A stretch of 24,000 bases of DNA, from positions 20,221 to 44,220 of the forward strand of contig JBMTEY010000006.1 of the NCBI GenBank assembly GCA_049433545.1. The letters run 5' to 3'. This DNA comes from Burkholderiales bacterium (GTDB lineage: Bacteria > Pseudomonadota > Gammaproteobacteria > Burkholderiales > SG8-41). Positions 7,161-15,171 of this stretch are shown here, one piece after another (within the stretch, counting starts at the first letter, position 1; each line of letters begins with the position of its first letter). Below the pieces are notes generated by a model that did no database searches, was not told the DNA's origin, and saw nothing but the letters and a program-made list of their open reading frames with translations. The position numbers were made by a program, and so were the translations under genes.

Positions 7161-8999
7161 TTATAGCGCCTTCTCCAGGGCCTGCCGTTGCGCGGTCATT
7201 TCCGCGGGCAGGCGCGACTTCAGCTTGCCGAACAGTTCGTCGTGGTCCTTGATCTCGGCGCGCCAGGCGTCATGGTCGACATGGATCAGCTCGTCGAAGG
7301 TCTCGCGGCTGAAGCTGCCCATGCCGTTCCACTCCATGTCTTCGTAACGCGGCATGTTGCCGATCGGGGTTTCGGTCGCGCCGGATTTGCCGTCGCAGCG
7401 CTCGACCACCCATTTCAGCACGCGCATGTTGTCGCCGAAGCCGGGCCACATGAACTTGCCGTTGGAGTCGCGGCGGAACCAGTTGACCGCAAAAATCTTC
7501 GGCGGCGTCTTCAGTTTGGCGCCGACGCCCAGCCAGTGCTTGAAGTAATCGCCGAAGTGGTAGCCGCAGAACGGCAGCATCGCGAACGGGTCGCGGCGCA
7601 CCACGCCGACCTTGCCGACTATGGCGGCGGTGGTTTCCGAGGCCATGGTCGCGGCGAGGTAGACGCCGTGGTTCCAGTCCTTGGCTTCAGTTACCAGCGG
7701 CACGGTGGTGGTGCGGCGGCCGCCGAAGAGGAAGGCGCTGATCGGCACGCCGGCGGGGTTCTCCCAGTCGGCATCCATCGACGGGATCTGCGAGGCGTGC
7801 ACCGTGAATCGCGAGTTCGGATGCGCGGCAACGCGCCCGCTTTCCGGGGTCCACGGCTGTCCGGTCCAGTCGGTCAGATGCTTGGGCGGGGCCTTGGTGA
7901 GCCCCTCCCACCACACGTCGCCGTCCTCGGTCAGTGCAACGTTGGTGAAGATGGTGTTCTTCTTCAGCGCCGCCAGGCAGTTGGCGTTGGTTTCGTCCGA
8001 AGTGCCGGGAGCAACGCCGAAGGCACCGTATTCGGGGTTGATCGCATACAGCCGTCCGTCCGGTCCCGGCTTGATCCAGGCGATGTCTTCACCGATGGTG
8101 GTGACCTTCCAGCCTTCCAGCGCCTTCGGCGGGATCAGCATGGCGAGGTTGGTCTTGCCGCAGGCGCTGGGGAATGCCGCCGCGATGTAATGTTTCTTGC
8201 CGCCGGGGGGCTGGATGCCCAGGATCAGCATGTGTTCGGCGAGCCAGCCCTGCTCCTTCGCCATGATCGAAGCAATGCGCAGTGCAAAACATTTCTTGCC
8301 GAGCAGCGCATTGCCGCCGTAGCCGCTACCGAAAGACCAGATCAGTTTCTCTTCGGGGAAATGGGTAATGAACTTGTGTTCCTTGTTGCTCGGCCACGGG
8401 ATGTCGCGTTCGCCCGGTTTCAGCGGCATGCCTACCGAGTGCAGGCACGGCACGAAAACACCGTCCTTGCCCAGAACGTCAAGCACCTTGCGGCCGATGC
8501 GGGTCATGATGCGCATGCTCACCACCACGTACGGCGAGTCGGTCAGTTCGACGCCGATGTGTGCGATCGGCGAACCCAGCGGGCCCATGCTGAAAGGGAT
8601 CACGTACATCGGGCGGCCGCGCATGCAGCCGTCATACAGCTTGCTCATGGTCGCCTTCATTTCTTCGGGCGCCATCCAGTTGTTGTTGGGGCCGGCGTCG
8701 TCCTTGTTCCTGCTGCAGACGAAGGTGCGGTCTTCCATGCGCGCCACGTCATCCGGATCGGAACGGGCGAGGAAGCAGCCGGGGCGCTTTTCCTGGTTGA
8801 GCCGGATCAGGGTACCGGCGGCGACCATTTCATTGCACAGGCGGTCATATTCTTCCTGTGAGCCGTCGCACCAGATTATGCGGTCGGGCTTGGTCAGTTG
8901 CGCGACTTCGGCGACCCACGCTTTCAGTTTCGCATGATTGACATAAGCGGGGGCTTCGTACGCCGGTGCAACTTGCGCCTTGGAGGCGGGCTGATTCAT
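7161..8999 (-). CDS. pckG: Phosphoenolpyruvate carboxykinase (GTP), 612 aa
   Basis: ATG at 8999 lies 6 nt after GAGGAG. The GTP-PEPCK P-loop FPSACGKTN is present. Length and overall sequence are typical of the GTP-dependent family. Confidence 0.95.
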   Translation of the reverse strand: MNQPASKAQVAPAYEAPAYVNHAKLKAWVAEVAQLTKPDRIIWCDGSQEEYDRLCNEMVAAGTLIRLNQEKRPGCFLARSDPDDVARMEDRTFVCSRNKDDAGPNNNWMAPEEMKATMSKLYDGCMRGRPMYVIPFSMGPLGSPIAHIGVELTDSPYVVVSMRIMTRIGRKVLDVLGKDGVFVPCLHSVGMPLKPGERDIPWPSNKEHKFITHFPEEKLIWSFGSGYGGNALLGKKCFALRIASIMAKEQGWLAEHMLILGIQPPGGKKHYIAAAFPSACGKTNLAMLIPPKALEGWKVTTIGEDIAWIKPGPDGRLYAINPEYGAFGVAPGTSDETNANCLAALKKNTIFTNVALTEDGDVWWEGLTKAPPKHLTDWTGQPWTPESGRVAAHPNSRFTVHASQIPSMDADWENPAGVPISAFLFGGRRTTTVPLVTEAKDWNHGVYLAATMASETTAAIVGKVGVVRRDPFAMLPFCGYHFGDYFKHWLGVGAKLKTPPKIFAVNWFRRDSNGKFMWPGFGDNMRVLKWVVERCDGKSGATETPIGNMPRYEDMEWNGMGSFSRETFDELIHVDHDAWRAEIKDHDELFGKLKSRLPAEMTAQRQALEKAL

Positions 9000-9048
9000 C
9001 AGAAACTCCTCTGAGGAAAACGGTAATTTTTCTAAAAAACAAAGGCAA

Positions 9049-9070
9049 AGTGAAACATGCGTGTCTCACT
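9049..9070. promoter_or_regulatory. Imperfect inverted repeat upstream of pckG (candidate operator)
   Basis: AGTGAAAC-N6-GTCTCACT (one mismatch), 50-70 nt upstream of the pckG ATG. No regulator gene lies in the window to pair it with. Confidence 0.2.
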
Positions 9071-9179
9071 CTGCCGAATTGATGCGGATTTTACCGGAAT
9101 TCAGCGCTTGCCGCCTCTTCCGGCATCGTCTATCGCATCGCGAAACGCGCGCCCGCGGGCGCAAAAAAACATTGTGTGA

Positions 9180-10355
9180 TCAGGTAGTTGCAGCTCGGGA
9201 CCGGGTGCCATAAAAGAGGATGGCGGCGCCGGTGACGAGCAGGAACGGCACCGCGCCGTAGTTCATGACCTCCCAGCCGCGCGCCGAGAACAGCCAGCCC
9301 GAGGACGCGGAACTGATGGCCATGGTGATGAATATGGCCATGTCGTTGGCGCCCTGCACCTTCGCCTTTTCGGAAGGCGCATGGGTTTCGGTCAGCAGCG
9401 TGGTGCCGCCGACATACATGAAATTCCAGCCCACGCCGATCAGCACCAGGGCCACCCAGAAGTGCATGACGTCGACGCCCGACAGCGCAATGGCCACGCA
9501 GGCGAGACTCAGCAGCACGCCGGTGAACAGGATCGCACGCACGCCGAAGCGCTTGATCAGCGACCCGGTCACGAACGACGGCGCGAACATGGCGATCACA
9601 TGCCACTGGATCACGAACGCGGTATCGCTGAACGTGTGTTCGCAGGATTTCATCGCCAGCGGCGTCGCCGTCATCAGCAGGTTCATCACGCCGTAGCCTA
9701 CGGTGGCCGACAGCACGGCCACCACGAACGCCGGCTGGCGCGCGATCACCGCCAGCGGCCGGCCCTGGTCCTTTTGCTCGGCCTCAGTCAGCCGTGGAAT
9801 GCTCATCATCCGCTGCAGCGCCAGCGCCACCACGCAGAAACCGATCAGCGCGAGATAACTGCCGAGAAATTCGGCGGGCAGTATGTCCTTGGTCCATTTG
9901 CTGGTCTGCGGACCGAGCACTCCGCCCACCAGACCGCCGGCCATCACCAGCGAAATGGCCTTGCTCTTGAAGTCGGACCCGGCAACGTCTGCTGCGGCAA
10001 AACGGTAATACTGGCCGGAGGCGTTGTAGATGCCCATCACCAGCGTCCCCATGCACAGCATCCAGAAATCGTGGCTGTACACCGCGTAGCCGCAGATCAG
10101 CGCGCCGAGGATGCCGATCAGCGTACCGAGGCTGAAGCCGTTGACGCGGCCGATGCGCCGCATCAGGTGGGACACCGGCAGCGTGGTCAGCGCCGCCCCC
10201 ACCACGTACGAAGTCACCGGCAACGTTGCCAGCGACTTGTCGTCGGTGAGCGCATAGCCGGCCAGGCCGTTGATTGAAATCAGGATCGTGTTGTTGGTGA
10301 ACAACAACGCCTGGGTCGCGCACAGCAGCGCGACGTTTCTCTTTTCCGCGGTCAA
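9180..10355 (-). CDS. MFS transporter, 391 aa
   Basis: About 12 hydrophobic segments with an MFS-like loop MRRIGRVNG between TM2 and TM3. The only available start is TTG at 10355, 9 nt after the GST stop, with no clear SD, so translational coupling is likely. Confidence 0.8.
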   Translation of the reverse strand: MTAEKRNVALLCATQALLFTNNTILISINGLAGYALTDDKSLATLPVTSYVVGAALTTLPVSHLMRRIGRVNGFSLGTLIGILGALICGYAVYSHDFWMLCMGTLVMGIYNASGQYYRFAAADVAGSDFKSKAISLVMAGGLVGGVLGPQTSKWTKDILPAEFLGSYLALIGFCVVALALQRMMSIPRLTEAEQKDQGRPLAVIARQPAFVVAVLSATVGYGVMNLLMTATPLAMKSCEHTFSDTAFVIQWHVIAMFAPSFVTGSLIKRFGVRAILFTGVLLSLACVAIALSGVDVMHFWVALVLIGVGWNFMYVGGTTLLTETHAPSEKAKVQGANDMAIFITMAISSASSGWLFSARGWEVMNYGAVPFLLVTGAAILFYGTRSRAATT

Positions 10356-10364
10356 TTCAGTCGA

Positions 10365-11060
10365 TCAGCGTTTCTGGAACTGGGTCTTGCCGAACATCAC
10401 TTCGCGTGCCTTGTCGTCCACCGGGTTGCTGTTCGATTCGTCGGCCAGCGTTGTCAGCGCCTTCTGCACCGCCGGTCGGGCGTTGATGGTGTCGAACCAT
10501 TTTTTCGCGTTGGGATATTCGCTCATATCGATGCCGCGGCTTTCGGCGCCGCGTATCCATGGGAAGATTGCCATGTCCGCGATGGTGTATTCGTCACAGG
10601 CGACGAATTTCGATTGCGCCAGCTGCTTGTCGAGCACATGGGTCAGGCGATTGGCCTCGTTGGTGTAACGCTCGACTGCGTATTCGATCTTGTCCTTGGC
10701 GTAACGGCGGAAGTGGTTGGCCTGGCCGAACATCGGGCCGACGCCACCCATCTGCCACATCAGCCACTGCACGCAACTCCAGCGCTGCTGCGGATCCTTG
10801 GGCAGGAATTTGCCGGATTTCTCGGCGAGGTAGAGCAGGATTGCACCGGATTCCATCAGCGACAGCGGCTTGCCGCCGGGACCGTCGGGATCGACCATCG
10901 CCGGGATGCGGTTGTTCGGGCTGATCTTCAGAAACTCGGGCTTGAACTGCTCGCCGGTGCGGATGTTCACGCCATGCACCCGGTACGGCAATCCGGTTTC
11001 CTCCAGCATGATGTGGATTTTGTGGCCGTTCGGAGTGGCCCAGCTGTAGAGTTCGATCAT
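10365..11060 (-). CDS. yfcG: Nu-class glutathione S-transferase / disulfide reductase (YfcG-like), 231 aa
   Basis: The track ORF extends to 11159. I use ATG 11060 (MIELYSWATPNGHKI...), which matches the N-terminus of E. coli YfcG as I recall it. Motifs: ATPNGHK, ISPNNRIPA, ESGAILLYLAEK. Confidence 0.85.
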   Translation of the reverse strand: MIELYSWATPNGHKIHIMLEETGLPYRVHGVNIRTGEQFKPEFLKISPNNRIPAMVDPDGPGGKPLSLMESGAILLYLAEKSGKFLPKDPQQRWSCVQWLMWQMGGVGPMFGQANHFRRYAKDKIEYAVERYTNEANRLTHVLDKQLAQSKFVACDEYTIADMAIFPWIRGAESRGIDMSEYPNAKKWFDTINARPAVQKALTTLADESNSNPVDDKAREVMFGKTQFQKR

Positions 11061-11169
11061 TGATGGCCTCGCGCAGGTGGTTCGGGAAAGCGCGGAGTAT
11101 AGCGCAGGCATCGCCGCGCTCGCGGCGCCGGAACCCACGATTTTTGCTACCCTCCGCAACGAGCCTGCA

Positions 11170-12405
11170 ATGAATCCAATTCGCGATTACCTGCTGCCGC
11201 CGGGCACCCTGCCGGAAGCCCGCCTGCTGCTGGCGGCGCGCGCGCTGCGCGCCTTTGGCGACGGTTTCGTCAGCCTCTTGTTGCCCTATTACCTGATCCT
11301 GCTCGGCTACAGCGCGCTGCAGATCGGGCTGCTGGTGACAGCCACCCTGCTCGGCTCGGGGCTGATGACGCTGGGCATCGGTTTCATCGCCCACCGCTAT
11401 CCCGCGCGCAGGCTGTTGCTGCTGGCATGCCTACTGATGATCACCACCGGACTCGCGGTGCCGGCGCTGACCTCGTTCTGGCCACTGCTGGTGGTTGCGG
11501 TCGTCGGCACGCTCAACCCCTCCGCGAGTGATGTCACGCTGTTTTCACCACTGGAACAGACGCTGCTGACGCGAACGACTTCCGCCGCATCGCGCACCGC
11601 GCTGTTCGCGCGCTACAGCCTGATCGGCGCGCTGGTCGCCGCACTCGGGGCGCAGGCTGCCGGCGTGCCCGACCTTTTTTCCTCATCCGGAGACCCCGGC
11701 AGACTGGCGGCGATCCGCACGATGTTCCTGCTTTACGCGCTGCTCGGCGCAGCCGCCTTCCTGCTCTACCAGCGGCTGTCGCCTGCACTCGAACCCGAAC
11801 AGCATGAACAACCGGTGCCTCTCGAAAAATCGCGGCGCATCGTCTACACCCTGGCCGCGCTATTCAGCATCGACGCCTTCGCCGGCGGTTTTGCCGTGCA
11901 GTCGCTGCTGGCGCTGTGGCTGCTGCAGCGCTTCGATCTGTCGGTCGCAGCGGCGGGCAGCATATTTTTCTGGACCGGGCTGCTGACGGCGTTTTCACAC
12001 CTCGCCGCGGCGCGCGTGGCCGCGCGTTTCGGACTGATCAACACCATGGTCTACACCCACCTGCCGGCGAACGTATTCCTGATCATGGTGCCGTTCATGC
12101 CGACGCTGGAATTGGCGCTGCTGTTCCTGTTCCTGCGCAGCGCGCTGTCATCGATGGATGTGCCGGCGCGAACTTCTTACGTGATGGCCGTGGTATCTCC
12201 GGGAGAGCGTGCTGCCGCAGCCAGCGTCACCGCGGTGCCGCGCAGCCTCGCCAGCGCACTGAGTCCCTCGTTAGCCGGTGCCCTGCTGTCGATGAGTGCG
12301 TTCGGCTGGCCGCTGGTGATCTGTGGAGCGCTGAAGATCGTCTACGACCTGACCCTGCTCAAAATGTTCAGCGCGGTAAAACCACCAGAAGAAATCGATC
12401 GCTGA
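11170..12405 (+). CDS. MFS transporter, 411 aa
   Basis: The track ORF starts at 11077. ATG 11170 (MNPIRDYLL...) is the first ATG and precedes TM1. Multi-TM hydrophobic profile. The 3' end overlaps the convergent Bug-like gene by 64 nt. Confidence 0.75.
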   Translation: MNPIRDYLLPPGTLPEARLLLAARALRAFGDGFVSLLLPYYLILLGYSALQIGLLVTATLLGSGLMTLGIGFIAHRYPARRLLLLACLLMITTGLAVPALTSFWPLLVVAVVGTLNPSASDVTLFSPLEQTLLTRTTSAASRTALFARYSLIGALVAALGAQAAGVPDLFSSSGDPGRLAAIRTMFLLYALLGAAAFLLYQRLSPALEPEQHEQPVPLEKSRRIVYTLAALFSIDAFAGGFAVQSLLALWLLQRFDLSVAAAGSIFFWTGLLTAFSHLAAARVAARFGLINTMVYTHLPANVFLIMVPFMPTLELALLFLFLRSALSSMDVPARTSYVMAVVSPGERAAAASVTAVPRSLASALSPSLAGALLSMSAFGWPLVICGALKIVYDLTLLKMFSAVKPPEEIDR

Positions 12406-13397
12406 ACAGGTAGCGCGGCAACGGCATCGCCGCTACGACGCAATTCTTCGTGCAACGCGGTCTGCAGCGTCCTCTCGTCGCCGAATTCCGCGACATAACC
12501 GAGTCCTGCCAGCGCATCCCGCGCATCGCTGCCGCGCAAAACCACAGCCAGCGCTGCGCGCAGGCGCATGATCTGCGCCGGTTGTATCGCCGGAGCCGCG
12601 AACAATCCATGCCAGCCCGCAGACCGGGCGACGGCAAAACCTGATTCGGCAAAAGTCGGCACCGTCGGCAACAGTACATGTCGATCGGCTGCGGCAATCG
12701 CCAGGATACGCAGGCGCTGGCCGGTTGCATACGGCAGCACCGCCGGCAGCGGCGCCGCGGCAGCAAGCACCTGGCGCGCCAGCACACCGCGCAGCGCACC
12801 ATTGCCGCCGTTGAAAGCCACCGTCGATATTGCACCCGGACGCTCGCCCTGCAGTTGCCGCATCAGCCATTGGCCAGCCGTGCGTTCACCCGGGGTGCCG
12901 ATCTGCAGCGGGGAGCGCTGCACCTGACCAAGCAGACGGGCCATGCCGTCCACGCCCGCTTCGTTGCGCATCACCAGCACCACTGGCACCCGCGCAACCA
13001 GCGCCACCGGCTGCAGCCCACGCATCGCCGGCGGAGTGGTTCCGGCAGTCAGGCCCGAGCCACCGAACAGCAGCATGGCGGAATCGGACGCGGCGACGGC
13101 CAGTGCGGCAGCCGTGCCGCCGCCCCGCGGATTGCGCACCACCGCCACTTCCGCGGCCAGCGCCGACACCAGCAAACGCTGCACGTGCCGCAACAGCGCG
13201 TCGGTGGTCGACGGCGTGGCGTAGGTCTGCATCGTGCGCAGCGCCCGGGTCATGGTGACGGTTCCGGCAATATCGGCCGCACCGGTCGCCGGATACGGAT
13301 TGACCAGCGTCAGAGTGGCTGGGCTTGCATGGGACGATCCCGCGCCCGGCATTGCAAACAGCGCGCAGCAAGCAACGATGAAAAAACGCACGTTCAT
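12342..13397 (-). CDS. Periplasmic Bug/TctC-like (tripartite tricarboxylate transporter substrate-binding family) protein, divergent, 351 aa
   Basis: ATG at 13397. Sec-type signal peptide MNVRFFIVACCALFAMPGAGSSHA. The Bug resemblance is loose (PYPATGAADI...VVRNPRGGGTAAA..., TVPTFAESGF, WHGLFAPA). No tctA/tctB membrane components are adjacent. Confidence 0.55.
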   Translation of the reverse strand: MNVRFFIVACCALFAMPGAGSSHASPATLTLVNPYPATGAADIAGTVTMTRALRTMQTYATPSTTDALLRHVQRLLVSALAAEVAVVRNPRGGGTAAALAVAASDSAMLLFGGSGLTAGTTPPAMRGLQPVALVARVPVVLVMRNEAGVDGMARLLGQVQRSPLQIGTPGERTAGQWLMRQLQGERPGAISTVAFNGGNGALRGVLARQVLAAAAPLPAVLPYATGQRLRILAIAAADRHVLLPTVPTFAESGFAVARSAGWHGLFAAPAIQPAQIMRLRAALAVVLRGSDARDALAGLGYVAEFGDERTLQTALHEELRRSGDAVAALPVQRSISSGGFTALNILSRVRS

Positions 13398-13401
13398 CGG
13401 T

Positions 13402-13896
13402 TCAGGGCGTCACTACTACATCCGCCGCCTTGCGCGGACCCCAGCGCAACCAGACCCTCAGGCGACGCAAGTCTTCCGCATCGGCACTGTCGCCGGGTAT
13501 CACCACATGTACCGGCAGGCGCCGTGACTCGAGCCGGATGTTGAGAATGAGCAGCGCCGGAGATACCAGACTGGAACCCAGCACCTGGCCGGCATGCCAG
13601 CCGTCGCGGGTGCGGACCCGCAACTGCTCGCGATCGCTGAAATCGAGCGCCACGACGCTGTGGACACCTCGGCGCAGTGCATGGCGGCGTATCACATCCA
13701 TCGCACTGAACAGCAGCAGCGCACCCAGCACGGCCTGCGTCCAGGGCGCCAAAGGCAAGGCCGGCAGCAACAGCAATACGCCGGCATGCGCAGCAGCAAG
13801 CAGCAACGCCAGCCGTCGTGAAGGCCGCAACGCGATGACCGGTAAACGGGGTGTATCCATGACGCTCATTGCAGCCGAAACCCGGCGCCAGCGCAA
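13402..13896 (-). CDS. YgfX/CptA-like small inner-membrane protein (two TM helices), up to 164 aa
   Basis: Two TM segments (LALLLAAAHAGVLLLLPAL and WTQAVLGALLLFSAMDVI) followed by RRH. The C-terminal PGDSADAEDLRRLRVWL parallels E. coli YgfX ADSMDEAEWRDLRRIL as I recall it. It is divergent from ygfZ. The start is uncertain: TTG 13896 lies 6 nt after AGAGG, and alternative ATGs sit at 13869 and 13860. Confidence 0.55.
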   Translation of the reverse strand: MRWRRVSAAMSVMDTPRLPVIALRPSRRLALLLAAAHAGVLLLLPALPLAPWTQAVLGALLLFSAMDVIRRHALRRGVHSVVALDFSDREQLRVRTRDGWHAGQVLGSSLVSPALLILNIRLESRRLPVHVVIPGDSADAEDLRRLRVWLRWGPRKAADVVVTP

Positions 13897-13940
13897 TGTG
13901 ACAGCCTCTATTTAATAACCCATTGTTTTAATTGATTTAT

Positions 13941-13969
13941 TTTACATTTTATCGCTGGAAGGCTATGAT
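13941..13969 (+). promoter_or_regulatory. Candidate sigma70 promoter for the ygfZ operon
   Basis: TTTACA (13941-13946), 17-nt spacer, TATGAT (13964-13969), inside a strikingly AT-rich divergent intergenic region. The predicted start near 13976 would exclude the GTG at 13972 and leave a ~13-nt SD-less leader before ATG 13990. Confidence 0.4.
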
Positions 13970-13989
13970 GCGTGCTGCGACTTTGCCAA

Positions 13990-14883
13990 ATGACTGATGT
14001 GACTGCCGCCCGCCTCACCGATTGGTCCCTGCTGCATTTTTCCGGCTCCGACACCCCGGGTTTTCTTCACGGCCAGCTGACCTGCGACGTACTTGCGCTG
14101 CAACCCGGCGCCAGCACCTACGGCGGCTATTGCAATCCCAAGGGACGCCTGCTGGCCACGTTCCTGCTGTGGATGGACGACGGCGGTTACACCATGCTGC
14201 TGCCCGCCGCAATTGCCGAGGCCATCCGCAAGCGACTGGCCATGTACGTGCTGCGCGCCAAGGTGAAAATCGAAGACATCACCGCCCAACACGCCTGCAT
14301 CGGCATTACCGGCGGCGATGCCGCGACGGCTATCTCCGCCCTGGGCGGCAGTGTTCCCGGAAAGCTGCACGGCACGGCCATGCGCGACGGCACGACCATC
14401 ATCCATCTGCCGGTGCAGCGCTATCTCGCCATCGCGCCGCAGGTTCCCGCACCACATCCCATTGACAATAAAGCATGGGGAGCAGCGGACATCGACGCCG
14501 GAATTCCGTTCATCGTTCCCGCCACGCAGGAGGAGTTCGTGCCGCAAATGGTGAACCTCGACCTGATCGGCGCGCTCAGCTACACCAAGGGCTGTTATCC
14601 GGGACAGGAAATCGTCGCCCGCACGCATTACCTCGGCCGGCTGAAACAGCGCATGTTCCGCGCCCGCGTCGCCGCCCCTGCCGATGCCGGCGACAGGCTG
14701 TATTGCGCCGATCTCGGCGACCAGGCTGCCGGCATGATCGTCGCCGGGATCGCGACAGCTGACGGCGGTTCCGATGTCCTCGCGGTGCTGCGCACCGCCA
14801 ATGCCGAAAATGAGCCGTACCATCTGGGCTCGCTGCAGGGCCCATGCCTAGATATCACACCGCTCCCCTACAGGATTACCTGA
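13990..14883 (+). CDS. ygfZ: Folate-binding Fe-S-cluster-associated protein YgfZ, 297 aa
   Basis: Signature KGCYPGQE (YTKGCYPGQEIVARTHYLG) plus N-terminal LTDWSLLHFSGSD...FLHGQLTCDV. The track start GTG 13972 remains an alternative. ATG 13990 is preferred because of the promoter geometry. Confidence 0.85.
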   Translation: MTDVTAARLTDWSLLHFSGSDTPGFLHGQLTCDVLALQPGASTYGGYCNPKGRLLATFLLWMDDGGYTMLLPAAIAEAIRKRLAMYVLRAKVKIEDITAQHACIGITGGDAATAISALGGSVPGKLHGTAMRDGTTIIHLPVQRYLAIAPQVPAPHPIDNKAWGAADIDAGIPFIVPATQEEFVPQMVNLDLIGALSYTKGCYPGQEIVARTHYLGRLKQRMFRARVAAPADAGDRLYCADLGDQAAGMIVAGIATADGGSDVLAVLRTANAENEPYHLGSLQGPCLDITPLPYRIT

Positions 14884-14885
14884 AC

Positions 14886-15164
14886 ATGGTCTGGTCTTAC
14901 TACATCTACTACCGGGTCGATCCCGCCAAAACCGACTCCTGCGCTGCTGCCGTGCAGGCCGTGTTTTCTGCGGTGCGCAAGGCCTCCGGCGTCCAGGGCC
15001 GCGTCCTGAAAAAACGCAACGAACCGCTGCTGTGGATGGAAATCTACGAACATGTAACCAACGAAGCGGCGTTTGAATGGGCGCTCGCGGAAGCCGTCGC
15101 GGCCTCCGGCATGCTCAATCTGCTGCAACCGGGCAGCGGTCGGCATACCGAATGTTTTTCCTGA
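14886..15164 (+). CDS. DUF4936-family protein, 92 aa
   Basis: ATG at 14886, 2 nt after the ygfZ stop (the track start 14844 overlaps ygfZ). N-terminal YYIYYRV, WMEIYEHV and C-terminal RHTECF resemble the DUF4936 pattern as I remember it. Confidence 0.6.
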   Translation: MVWSYYIYYRVDPAKTDSCAAAVQAVFSAVRKASGVQGRVLKKRNEPLLWMEIYEHVTNEAAFEWALAEAVAASGMLNLLQPGSGRHTECFS

Positions 15165-15171
15165 ACGAACC

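Noticed and set aside
6848-7166. Plus-strand ORFs 6848..7075 (75 aa) and 6909..7166 (85 aa) in the pckG / oxaloacetate decarboxylase gap
   Set aside because: They start inside or next to a terminator hairpin, have no SD, run through the pckG terminator, and encode Pro/Ala/Leu/Arg low-complexity products. The minus-strand 55-aa ORF has an ATG, an AAGGAGA SD and flanking terminators, and explains the open frames better.
7188-8861. 557-aa plus-strand ORF antisense to pckG
   Set aside because: Same reasoning. pckG on the minus strand has the [10 protein letters not shown]-loop, a strong SD and a terminator. The antisense product has no domain signature.
9149-9169. GC palindrome GCGCCCGCGGGCGC followed by A7 just past the MFS stop, considered as a terminator
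   Set aside because: The orientation is wrong for either strand. On the minus strand (the MFS transcript) the T7 tract precedes the hairpin. On the plus strand the hairpin is followed by A residues and no plus-strand gene reads into it. The palindrome also leaves almost no loop. At best it is a weak or atypical terminator.
10353-10367. In-frame TGA between GST and MFS as stop-codon read-through, selenocysteine or a fusion protein
   Set aside because: A shared frame has a one-in-three chance of being coincidental. The nearest stable hairpin (GTCGCGC-N6-GCGCGAC) starts ~30 nt after the TGA, inside ordinary GC-rich coding sequence, which is not SECIS-like placement. A GST-MFS fusion topology has no precedent that I know of.
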